NCBI GenBank assembly: GCA_035271385.1
Contig: DATERP010000008.1
Coordinates: forward strand, 1-56,509
Direction: 5' to 3'
DNA from: Thiopseudomonas sp.
GTDB lineage: Bacteria; Pseudomonadota; Gammaproteobacteria; Pseudomonadales; Pseudomonadaceae
Length of the DNA: 56,509 bases
The notes beneath the pieces are model-generated. The model saw nothing but the letters and a program-made list of their open reading frames with translations. It was not told the origin of the DNA and made no database searches. Shown here piece by piece: positions 19,801-28,359 of this stretch; positions within the stretch are counted from its first letter, which is position 1, and each line of letters starts with the position of its first letter. The position numbers were made by a program, and so were the translations under genes.

Positions 19801-20898
19801 TTATACCTGTAACTGTTGCACAGCATCCAGTAGCATTTGCTCAGTTTTTGACCAGCCTAAGCAACCATCAGTAATCGACACGCCATACTGCAAGTTATCG
19901 CACAGCGCTTGCTGACCATCCATCAAGTTACTTTCCAGCATCACCGCACGCAAACTGCGCTCACCAGCGGCACGCTGCGCTAAGACGGACTGTAAAACCT
20001 GCGGCTGCACCTGCGGATCTTTGCCGCTATTGGCATGACTGCAGTCCACCATTAATGACGCCTCTAAACCCACTTTACGCATCGCAGCGCAGGCTTGAGC
20101 AATACTGTCTGCATCATAATTAGGACCTGCATGACCTCCGCGTAAGACTAAATGCGTATCTGGATTACCTTGGGTTTCCACCAAGGCGGCGCGGCCTTGC
20201 TGGTCTAAGCCAAAATGCTGATGGGCATGAGCGGCAGAGCGCATCGCATCTAAAGCAATACCCACACTGCCATCGGTACCGTTTTTAAAACCCACCGGCA
20301 GCTCTAAACCACTGACCATTTCTCGGTGAATTTGCGACTCACTGGTGCGCGCACCAATCGCCGCCCAGCTCAATAGGTCATCAAAGTAGCTGGCAGCTAA
20401 GGGCTGTAATAACTCTGTGGCAACCGGTAAATCCAACTCCAACATGCGCAACATCAACTGACGTGACAGTTGTAAACCCTGCGCCATATCAGCGCTACCA
20501 TCTAAATGCGGGTCATACAGCAAACCTTTCCAGCCCACAGTGGTGCGTGGCTTTTCAATATAAATACGCATAGCGAGCAACATATGCTCGCTAACCTGAC
20601 TGGATAACTTAGCCAAACGCTCAGCATACTCAAGCGCTTCGTCGATGCTATGAATTGAGCAGGGGCCAACCACTACGAGCAATCGCGAATCTTCGCCACT
20701 TAGAATCGCTCGCACTTGCTCGCGCTGCTGCTGCACGCGACGCGCCAGCTCTGCACTTAAGGGTAATTGTTGGCGCAGCTCGTGAGGGCTGGCAAGAGCC
20801 TGCGTTTTACGGCCTGTGGGTAACACAATATTAGCATTGGCTGCGGTAAGGGCTGCAGTGTTGTGATCGAATGCTAGAGCAGTATGTAGAGCGTTCAT
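19801..20898 (-). CDS. 3-deoxy-7-phosphoheptulonate (DAHP) synthase, class I (AroF/G/H family)
   Basis: GPCSIH, EKPRTTVGWKG, IGARTSESQIHRE, GFKNGTDG, VDCSHANS, YGVSITDGC; isoenzyme not assignable. Confidence 0.96.
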   Translation of the reverse strand: MNALHTALAFDHNTAALTAANANIVLPTGRKTQALASPHELRQQLPLSAELARRVQQQREQVRAILSGEDSRLLVVVGPCSIHSIDEALEYAERLAKLSSQVSEHMLLAMRIYIEKPRTTVGWKGLLYDPHLDGSADMAQGLQLSRQLMLRMLELDLPVATELLQPLAASYFDDLLSWAAIGARTSESQIHREMVSGLELPVGFKNGTDGSVGIALDAMRSAAHAHQHFGLDQQGRAALVETQGNPDTHLVLRGGHAGPNYDADSIAQACAAMRKVGLEASLMVDCSHANSGKDPQVQPQVLQSVLAQRAAGERSLRAVMLESNLMDGQQALCDNLQYGVSITDGCLGWSKTEQMLLDAVQQLQV

Positions 20899-20935
20899 AA
20901 TTGTCCTTATATCAGCGGTTGAACCGCTGTAGGTT

Positions 20936-21040
20936 TTATCGAGTCAATCGTCTTAAGCTATTGGGTAGGGCTAATTTATGGTTACTAAATCGCCAGCTCA
21001 AATCATCGAAACGCTGTGGATAACGTGCATAGATTGCCAT
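20936..21040 (-). CDS. Putative leader peptide 2 (34 aa) MAIYARYPQRFDDLSWRFSNHKLALPNSLRRLTR
   Basis: Translated by hand; GAGGA RBS before ATG; Y,Y,F,W,F within the first 18 codons; stops 37 nt before the DAHP synthase ATG. Confidence 0.6.
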   Translation of the reverse strand: MAIYARYPQRFDDLSWRFSNHKLALPNSLRRLTR

Positions 21041-21077
21041 GTTGCTGTCCTCTTAAATATTCAAAAACTTAAATTCT

Positions 21078-21117
21078 AAAAACAAAAAACCCCGGGTGGG
21101 AAGCCAACCGGGGTTTT
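21078..21117 (-). terminator. Attenuator-type intrinsic terminator within the DAHP synthase leader
   Basis: Minus strand AAAACCCCGG-TTGGCTTCCCAC-CCGGGGTTTTTTGTTTTT. Confidence 0.88.
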
Positions 21118-21167
21118 CATAAAGCAGTGGTAGGCGTCCTAGTTAAAGAGGCCCACCTGTATGGATA

Positions 21168-21299
21168 TCAGGCGCGCCTTGGGCTAAACCAATATCCATA
21201 AAAATAATACGCAACAGAGTCATTTAATCCACGCGCACGGTTCATCGCAGCAGCACTAGGCTGAGTAATCAATAGTGTTTTCAATGCGTGATTTAACAT
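21168..21299 (-). CDS. Putative attenuator leader peptide 1 (43 aa) MLNHALKTLLITQPSAAAMNRARGLNDSVAYYFYGYWFSPRRA
   Basis: Translated by hand; GGAG RBS; 7 of 8 consecutive codons aromatic (21186-21209); followed by hairpins and a terminator. Confidence 0.8.
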   Translation of the reverse strand: MLNHALKTLLITQPSAAAMNRARGLNDSVAYYFYGYWFSPRRA

Positions 21300-21322
21300 A
21301 AATAACTCCAAACAATGCAATT

Positions 21323-21351
21323 AACATACTGCATGCGTATCAGCAGCGCAA
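21323..21351 (-). promoter_or_regulatory. Candidate sigma70 promoter for the leader/DAHP synthase transcript
   Basis: TTGCGC-17 bp-TATGTT on the minus strand, 23 nt before the leader 1 ATG. Confidence 0.5.
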
Positions 21352-21357
21352 GCGCGC

Positions 21358-21912
21358 TTAACGGTCAGTGCGGTAAATTTTCTCGCCATTCAGTTTGCTG
21401 CTCCAAGGTAAACCTGAGTTTTGCCAGCCGTTTTTCACCCGCATACCGGCTTGTGGGCCTTCACTTTCTGCACCACCCTGAAAACCATTCACCACAAAGC
21501 GTGCATTGACTAAACCGGCTTCACGTAAAACGATAGCACTGGGCTCACCACGCTCACTACCCGAGCGGCACATGGTAATCACTTCAGTATTTTCATCCCA
21601 ACCACGCTTGGCCAGTTCAGCTTTAATTTGCGCAACAAACTCTGGGTTGCGCTCCATGGGAAAAATATTACGCTCAGCATTCCACTTGCTGCGATCCGCC
21701 ATTAAAAATGGAATATTGACATCCACCGCATCAGTAAAACCCACAAACATAATTTCAACCGGATCACGCACATCGACTAACAGCACGCGCTCTTCAGTTT
21801 GCTGAGTTTTCGCATAAGCATCTTCAGCACTGATAGCCAGTTCAACGGCCTGCACAGAAAACACCGCTAAAGATAGTACCGCAGCACTGATTAAACTTTG
21901 TAGACGAGTCAT
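21358..21912 (-). CDS. Exported single-domain rhodanese/sulfurtransferase
   Basis: Signal peptide ending VQA; LVDVRD, CRSGSERG active-site loop, GFQG, GWQNSGLPW. Confidence 0.82.
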   Translation of the reverse strand: MTRLQSLISAAVLSLAVFSVQAVELAISAEDAYAKTQQTEERVLLVDVRDPVEIMFVGFTDAVDVNIPFLMADRSKWNAERNIFPMERNPEFVAQIKAELAKRGWDENTEVITMCRSGSERGEPSAIVLREAGLVNARFVVNGFQGGAESEGPQAGMRVKNGWQNSGLPWSSKLNGEKIYRTDR

Positions 21913-22012
21913 GTTGGCTCTCCAATCAATAAGTATCAACACAATACACTATTATAGATTATCTGTAACAGCCCATCTTATCACCCGTCCACTTAAGCTG
22001 AATCAGGATGTA

Positions 22013-22669
22013 TCAATCGCGCAAACTGAGTACTGTCCAACCACGCTGCACAGCAATCTCACGCAAGGTATCATCAGGATCAACGGCTATCGCATGCGCC
22101 ACTTGCTCGAGCAGCGGTAAGTCGTTATAAGAATCGCTGTAAAAATAGCTGTCGTCTAGAGTGGCTTGATGCTCAGCCAACCAGGTATTAAGACGAGTGA
22201 TTTTCCCCGCCTGAAAGCTGGGCACATCCACCAATTCACCGGTGTACTGGCACTCGTGCATACCGCATTCAGTGGCAATTAAATGCTCAACGCCCAAACG
22301 CTGAGCAATCGGCCCAGTAATAAAACGATTGGTCGCAGTAATAATCATCACTAGATCACCTGCCGCACGGTGCTTAGCGATTAGCGCCTCACCTTTGGGC
22401 AAGATCATCGGCTCAATACAGTCACGCATAAAACCTGCATGCCATTCATCGAGCACAGCTTTATCAGTCTGGCCCAAGACTTCTTGGCAGAAATTTTGAT
22501 AAGCAATCACATCCAACTGACCGGCAACATAGTCAGCATAAAACTGATCATTTTTTGCACGATAAGCATCAGCATCCACCAAACCACGCGAACATAAATA
22601 CTCGCCCCACTGGTGATCACTGTCGCCCGCTAATAAGGTGTTATCCAAGTCAAAAATAGCCAATCGCAC
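22013..22669 (-). CDS. HAD-IB hydrolase (SerB-like; putative histidinol-phosphatase)
   Basis: [24 protein letters not shown]; divergent from rppH; likely GTG start at 22669. Confidence 0.85.
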   Translation of the reverse strand: MRLAIFDLDNTLLAGDSDHQWGEYLCSRGLVDADAYRAKNDQFYADYVAGQLDVIAYQNFCQEVLGQTDKAVLDEWHAGFMRDCIEPMILPKGEALIAKHRAAGDLVMIITATNRFITGPIAQRLGVEHLIATECGMHECQYTGELVDVPSFQAGKITRLNTWLAEHQATLDDSYFYSDSYNDLPLLEQVAHAIAVDPDDTLREIAVQRGWTVLSLRD

Positions 22670-22811
22670 GGCAGATACCTTAATCAATGATAAAAGAGCC
22701 TCCAGCATAACGATTTTCAGCGCGCCTGCCCATGCGGACTAGAAAGCGCGTTGCCGCTCTAGCGCGCTTTGTGGAACAATGGAGACAATAATTTTAATCT
22801 AGGATGCGGAC

Positions 22812-23291
22812 ATGATTGATTCAGATGGGTTTCGTCCGAACGTCGGCATCATCCTGACCAACGATAACGGACAAGTACTGTGGGCGCGCCGCGTCAACCA
22901 AGATGCGTGGCAGTTTCCACAAGGTGGAATTAACCCCAACGAAAGCGCTGAACAGGCGTTATACCGTGAGTTACATGAAGAAATTGGCCTGCAAGAGCAT
23001 GATGTTGAAATCCTCGCTTGCACCCGTGGCTGGTTGCGCTATCGTTTACCGCAACGCTTAGTACGCACGCACAGTCAGCCTTTGTGTATCGGTCAAAAAC
23101 AAAAGTGGTTTTTGCTGCGTTTGCGTAGCAGTGATGAACGTGTGCGTATGGATCTGACTCCCAAGCCTGAGTTTGATGGCTGGCGTTGGGTCAGCTATTG
23201 GTATCCGTTGGGGCAAGTCGTTGCCTTTAAACGTGATGTTTACCGCCGTGCTTTAAAAGAGCTGGCCTACCAACTTCCTATTCGAGACTAA
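22812..23291 (+). CDS. rppH: RNA pyrophosphohydrolase
   Basis: [12 protein letters not shown], Nudix box [29 protein letters not shown]. Confidence 0.97.
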   Translation: MIDSDGFRPNVGIILTNDNGQVLWARRVNQDAWQFPQGGINPNESAEQALYRELHEEIGLQEHDVEILACTRGWLRYRLPQRLVRTHSQPLCIGQKQKWFLLRLRSSDERVRMDLTPKPEFDGWRWVSYWYPLGQVVAFKRDVYRRALKELAYQLPIRD

Positions 23292-23328
23292 ACCTAAGTT
23301 GTCCGACTCCACGCGCACTGATAGCAGC

Positions 23329-25608
23329 ATGCTCACTATGCTGCGCATGATCTCCCAAGAAGTGAACGCTGCTAAAGATTTACCCGCAGCGTTGGCGATT
23401 ATCGTTAAGCAAGTGCGCGTAGCGATGAACAGTCACGTCTGCTCAGTGTATTTATATGATATTGAGCGTGACCGTTATGTGTTGATGGCCACTGAAGGTT
23501 TAAATAAGCGCGCGGTGGGCAAGGTCAGCATGGCTTCACATGAAGGCTTAGTCGGCTTAGTTGGCAGCCGCTCAGAAACCATTATCTTGGAAGATGCCAC
23601 CAGCCATCCGCGCTTTGCCTATTTCCCAGAAACTGGCGAAGAGCGTTATGCATCTTTTCTAGGCACCCCAATTATTCACCACCGCCAAGTGATGGGCGTC
23701 TTAGTGGTGCAGCAAAAAGAACGTCGCCAATTTGACGAGGGCGATGAGGCCTTCTTAGTAACCATGAGCGCGCAACTCTCTGGCGTCATCGCTCACGCCG
23801 AAGCCACCGGTTCCATTCGCGGTTTGGGTAAGCAAGGTAAAGGGATCCAAGAAGCGCGCTTTATTGGTGTACCCGGTGCGCCAGGTGCCGCTTTAGGTAC
23901 GGCCGTCGTGGTGTTGCCTATTGCTGATTTGGATGTGGTGCCGGATAAAATGGTCAGCGGTGTTGCCGAGCAGTTAGCCTTGTTTGAGCACGCACTCGAA
24001 TCAGTGCGTGCAGATATTCGCAGCCTGTCCAAGCGTTTATCCACACAACTGCGCCCGCAAGAGCGCGCCTTATTTGATGTGTATCTAATGATGCTGGATA
24101 ACACCGCACTGGCCGGTGATGTGATGCGTGTGATTCGCACCGGCCAATGGGCACAAGGTGCATTACGCCAAGTGGTTAGCGAGCATGTGCAACGTTTTGA
24201 GCATATGGATGACGATTATTTGCGTGAACGCGCTTCCGATGTCAAAGATCTGGGGCGGCGTTTGCTCTCCTATCTGCAGCAAGCACAGCAACAAACCTTG
24301 GTCTATCCCGATAATACGATTTTAGTCAGTGAAGAACTGTCGCCGGCGATGCTCGGTGAAGTGCCAGCAGAAAAACTGGTCGGCTTGGTCTCAGTACTGG
24401 GCTCACGTAACTCGCATGTGGCGATTTTAGCCCGCGCCATGGGCATCCCAACTGTTGTAGCGGCGGTTGACCTACCTTACACCCGCCTCGATGGTATTGA
24501 GTTGATTCTCGATGGCTATCATGGCGACGTGTTCACTAACCCCAGTGCTTTATTGCGCCAGCAATACGCTGAAGTGGTGGAAGAAGAGCGCTTAATCAAT
24601 AAAGATTTAGACAGCTTACGCAGCCTGCCCTGTGTCACCTTAGACGGTCATCAATTACCGCTCTGGGTCAATACGGGCTTACTCGCAGATGTGAAACGAG
24701 CGCAACAACGCGGCGCTGAAGGCGTTGGTCTGTATCGCTCTGAAGTCGCCTTTATGGGCACGTCGCGCTTTCCGAGTGAAAGCGAGCAAGTGCAAATGTA
24801 CCGTGAACAGCTGGAAGCATTTCACCCTTTACCCGTGACCATGCGCACCTTAGATATCGGTGGTGATAAGCCGCTCAGCTATTTCCCGATTAAGGAAACC
24901 AACCCCTATCTGGGCTGGCGTGGCATACGCATTACCTTAGACCATCCAGAGATTTTCCTCGTGCAAGTGCGGGCCATGATTAAAGCCAGCGTAGGTCTGA
25001 ATAACCTGCATATTTTGCTGCCAATGATTTCGGGCGTGCATGAACTGGACGACGCCCAGCATTTGATTCATCGCGCTTGGGGTGAGCTGACTCAGGAAGG
25101 TTTAGATGTACAGATGCCACAAGTTGGCGTGATGATTGAAGTGCCTTCTGCGGTCTATCAAGCCCGTGAACTGGCGCGCATGGCTGATTTTTTATCGGTT
25201 GGCTCCAACGACTTAACCCAATACTTACTGGCTGTAGACCGCAATAATGCACGGGTTGCTGCTTTATACGATTACTTGCACCCAGCAGTATTAATGGCGC
25301 TGCAAGATGTAGTCACCGCAGCGCATGCTGAGGGCAAGCCGGTGAGTATTTGCGGAGAAATGGCCGGTGATCCGGTCGCTGCAGTGCTGTTATTGGCGAT
25401 GGGCTTTGATAGTTTATCAATGAACTCCACCCACCTGCCGAAAGTAAAATGGCTGCTGCGAAAAATGACTTTAGCGCACGCGCAAGCCTTACTTGCAGAA
25501 GTCGCACACTTAGATAACCCACAAGTGATTCACAGCACACTCAATCTGGCACTGGGTAATTTAGGCTTAGGTAAAGTGCTTAATCCCGCTTCCAGTGTAC
25601 AAACTTAA
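23329..25608 (+). CDS. ptsP: PTS-Ntr enzyme I
   Basis: N-terminal GAF domain, SHVAILARAMG phospho-His motif, RTLDIGGDK, ICGEMAGDP; follows rppH. Confidence 0.96.
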   Translation: MLTMLRMISQEVNAAKDLPAALAIIVKQVRVAMNSHVCSVYLYDIERDRYVLMATEGLNKRAVGKVSMASHEGLVGLVGSRSETIILEDATSHPRFAYFPETGEERYASFLGTPIIHHRQVMGVLVVQQKERRQFDEGDEAFLVTMSAQLSGVIAHAEATGSIRGLGKQGKGIQEARFIGVPGAPGAALGTAVVVLPIADLDVVPDKMVSGVAEQLALFEHALESVRADIRSLSKRLSTQLRPQERALFDVYLMMLDNTALAGDVMRVIRTGQWAQGALRQVVSEHVQRFEHMDDDYLRERASDVKDLGRRLLSYLQQAQQQTLVYPDNTILVSEELSPAMLGEVPAEKLVGLVSVLGSRNSHVAILARAMGIPTVVAAVDLPYTRLDGIELILDGYHGDVFTNPSALLRQQYAEVVEEERLINKDLDSLRSLPCVTLDGHQLPLWVNTGLLADVKRAQQRGAEGVGLYRSEVAFMGTSRFPSESEQVQMYREQLEAFHPLPVTMRTLDIGGDKPLSYFPIKETNPYLGWRGIRITLDHPEIFLVQVRAMIKASVGLNNLHILLPMISGVHELDDAQHLIHRAWGELTQEGLDVQMPQVGVMIEVPSAVYQARELARMADFLSVGSNDLTQYLLAVDRNNARVAALYDYLHPAVLMALQDVVTAAHAEGKPVSICGEMAGDPVAAVLLLAMGFDSLSMNSTHLPKVKWLLRKMTLAHAQALLAEVAHLDNPQVIHSTLNLALGNLGLGKVLNPASSVQT

Positions 25609-25695
25609 GCATCACGCGCTCAGCTGCTTACTCTGTGCGCGTTAACCTGCACTACACAGGCAGGTCACGGATCCAGCCTCAACAAAGCCGTTTGA

Positions 25696-26442
25696 TCAGT
25701 TCAGCTCAATCTGTGCCTGCCCAACATACTCACCTTGCACGCTATAGCTGCGCTCGGTCAGTGCGGTGAATCCATCTGCACGGCGGCGCAGCAAGCTGGT
25801 CACCCGTGTACCGTAAGCGTCCCCACGAATAAAAATGCTGGAAAGCATGCGCTCCATCGCTAAACCCACACCCGTATCAGGCAATTGATCATCCGCAGCG
25901 CGCTGCTCATCCTGCATCAATGCGAACAGCTGCGCATCTGTCGCCTCTAAATGCTGGGAAAAAGCACTACGCACTCGCACTAACTTTGGCCAAGGTGTGT
26001 CTAAACTGCCATTACACAGCGCATAAATGCCTGGACTTAAACGTATTGGGCGTGGCTGTGTAGAGCTGAGATACCACATGGACTGCGCATCACCGACCAA
26101 CAGGTTAAAGCCACTGTATTGGCTGATCTGGGTTGCGACTTCAAGCAAATATGCCTGCGGGGATTGTTGTCCAGCCAGGTAATCACTGACCAAAGCACCG
26201 CGTGACTGCGCACCTAATGGCAGCCTGGTATTGCGGATATTAGTTAAAGTCGCAAAGCGCCCCTGCTGAGCAACACCCAACCAAGTACCACCCGCTTCTA
26301 AATCACGACCAGCATAAATTGCCGGCTGATCGGTCCACTGTGCTAATGCGGCACTCGGGCGCGCATGCATTTCATCACGGTTAGCGAGCAACAATAAAGG
26401 CTGTTGACTATCAGGTTGCCAAGCAAATACCACTAAACACAT
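25696..26442 (-). CDS. NRDE/TANGO2 family protein
   Basis: MCL...ANRDE, GGTWLG, SRG, GFNL, YGTR. Confidence 0.92.
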   Translation of the reverse strand: MCLVVFAWQPDSQQPLLLLANRDEMHARPSAALAQWTDQPAIYAGRDLEAGGTWLGVAQQGRFATLTNIRNTRLPLGAQSRGALVSDYLAGQQSPQAYLLEVATQISQYSGFNLLVGDAQSMWYLSSTQPRPIRLSPGIYALCNGSLDTPWPKLVRVRSAFSQHLEATDAQLFALMQDEQRAADDQLPDTGVGLAMERMLSSIFIRGDAYGTRVTSLLRRRADGFTALTERSYSVQGEYVGQAQIELN

Positions 26443-26505
26443 AGAAAACTCGAGAACAATATTATAGATAAATGATTATAAGACGCTGACACAGCCAAAC
26501 TGAGC

Positions 26506-28284
26506 TTATTTTTGCTGGCTTTGCGGTGTAACTCGCAAAACCTCTTCGATTGTCGTTAATCCTGCAGCAACTTTTTGTGCTCCCGACAGACGTAAACTAC
26601 GCATACCGTCACGAAAAGCCTGATGTTTTAACTTTACCAAATCAGTATTTTCCAGAATCAAGGGCTTAATGACCTCATTAATCTGCATGATTTCATAAAC
26701 ACCAGCGCGACCATGATAGCCCGTATCTCGACACTCTAAACAGCCAACAGCTTGCTGAGCTCCTTTGGGCAAAGGAGCACTCCATGGCTGAGTCAAGGCT
26801 TGCCAGGCATCCTCATCAATCGCAACCGGCTCTTTGCAATGCGGACACAGGGTGCGCACCAAACGCTGCGCCATCACCCCCAGCAGCGTTGCTTTAAGCA
26901 AATAATATGGCACTCCCAATTCCAACAAACGAGTAATCGCACTGGGCGCATCATTAGTATGCAGAGTCGAAAGCACCAAATGCCCAGTTAACGCAGCTTG
27001 AATAGCCATTTCAGCGGTTTCTAAGTCGCGAATTTCGCCGATCATGATGATATCGGGGTCTTGACGCATAAGCGCACGAATCCCGGTGGCAAAGTTTAAA
27101 TCAATATTATGCTGCACCTGCATCTGATTAAACGCCGGCTCAATCATCTCAATCGGGTCTTCAATGGTGCAGACATTCACCTCTTCAGTCGCCAACTGTT
27201 TGAGCGTGGTATATAAAGTGGTGGTTTTTCCTGATCCGGTTGGACCCGTGACCAAAATAATGCCGTTAGGCTGGCTCGTCATACTACGCCAGCGCTGCAA
27301 ATCATCCGCTGAAAAGCCAAGCTGATCAAAAGTTTTGAGCAGCACTTCGGGATCAAAAATTCGCATCACCAGCTTTTCACCAAAGGCAGTCGGCATAGTT
27401 GAAAGGCGCAGTTCAACTTCACTACCATCAGGCGTTTTAGTTTTCACACGACCATCTTGCGGCTTGCGCTTTTCCGCGACGTTCATGCGTCCTAGCGACT
27501 TTAAACGGCTGGTCACCGCCATAGTAACTTGCGCAGGCAAGCGGTACACCGTATGCAATACACCATCAATTCGAAAGCGCACAGAACCTTGCTCACGCCG
27601 CGGCTCGATATGAATATCACTGGCACGCTGCTGAAAAGCATACTGAAACAGCCAATCCACAATATTAACAATATGCGCATCATTGGCATCAGGTTCTTGA
27701 TCGCTGGCACCTAAATTCAACAGTTGCTCAAAATTACCGACGCCACTGATCAATTGATCGCTAGCTGATGCACCAGAGACTGAGCGCGCTAGGCGATAAA
27801 ACTCATTGGTAAAACGCTGAATATCACTGGGATTAGCAATAACTTGCTTAATGGGGCGGCGTAAGGTGTGCGCTAAATTACTTTCCCAACTGCGGGCAAA
27901 AGGCTGCGCACTGGCGATGGTAACGCAGGTGTTATCAGCCGCAATGGCTAAGATTTTATGGCGTTTTGCAAAAGCATAGGACATCAGCGGGGTGACCGCT
28001 GCAACATCAATCTTTAATGGATCAATACGTACATAAGGCTGCTGCACCCACTGCGCCAGCCACACTGTAAGTGCTTCAAGGTCAAGCTTGCGGCCAGGAT
28101 GTAAAAGGTCGGTGAGTTGTTGCGTTGCCAGATACTCAAGCGGATGTAGGCTTAAGGTTGCGGTATCGCCACGTCGCGCGGCTAAACAGGCATCTGCGGC
28201 GTCTTGACTTATCCGCCCCTGTTGAACCAACTGCACTAAGATTTCAGTCAAATCAAGCAAGCGATCTCTAGCTATAGATGACAT
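26506..28284 (-). CDS. GspE/PulE/PilB-family secretion ATPase (stand-alone)
   Basis: ASDIHIEP, PQDGR, GPTGSGKTT, EDPIE, RQDPD, TGHLVLSTLHTN, tetra-Cys motif. Confidence 0.92.
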   Translation of the reverse strand: MSSIARDRLLDLTEILVQLVQQGRISQDAADACLAARRGDTATLSLHPLEYLATQQLTDLLHPGRKLDLEALTVWLAQWVQQPYVRIDPLKIDVAAVTPLMSYAFAKRHKILAIAADNTCVTIASAQPFARSWESNLAHTLRRPIKQVIANPSDIQRFTNEFYRLARSVSGASASDQLISGVGNFEQLLNLGASDQEPDANDAHIVNIVDWLFQYAFQQRASDIHIEPRREQGSVRFRIDGVLHTVYRLPAQVTMAVTSRLKSLGRMNVAEKRKPQDGRVKTKTPDGSEVELRLSTMPTAFGEKLVMRIFDPEVLLKTFDQLGFSADDLQRWRSMTSQPNGIILVTGPTGSGKTTTLYTTLKQLATEEVNVCTIEDPIEMIEPAFNQMQVQHNIDLNFATGIRALMRQDPDIIMIGEIRDLETAEMAIQAALTGHLVLSTLHTNDAPSAITRLLELGVPYYLLKATLLGVMAQRLVRTLCPHCKEPVAIDEDAWQALTQPWSAPLPKGAQQAVGCLECRDTGYHGRAGVYEIMQINEVIKPLILENTDLVKLKHQAFRDGMRSLRLSGAQKVAAGLTTIEEVLRVTPQSQQK

Positions 28285-28359
28285 CAGCAACTCCCAGTTA
28301 AACCCTGTCCAGTAGGCGACACAATACTATATACACTAACATTGTGTCGCATGGAGAGC

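Noticed and set aside
21315-21509. 64-aa plus-strand ORF beside the leader region
   Set aside because: Antisense to the rhodanese gene and crosses the candidate promoter; no clear RBS.
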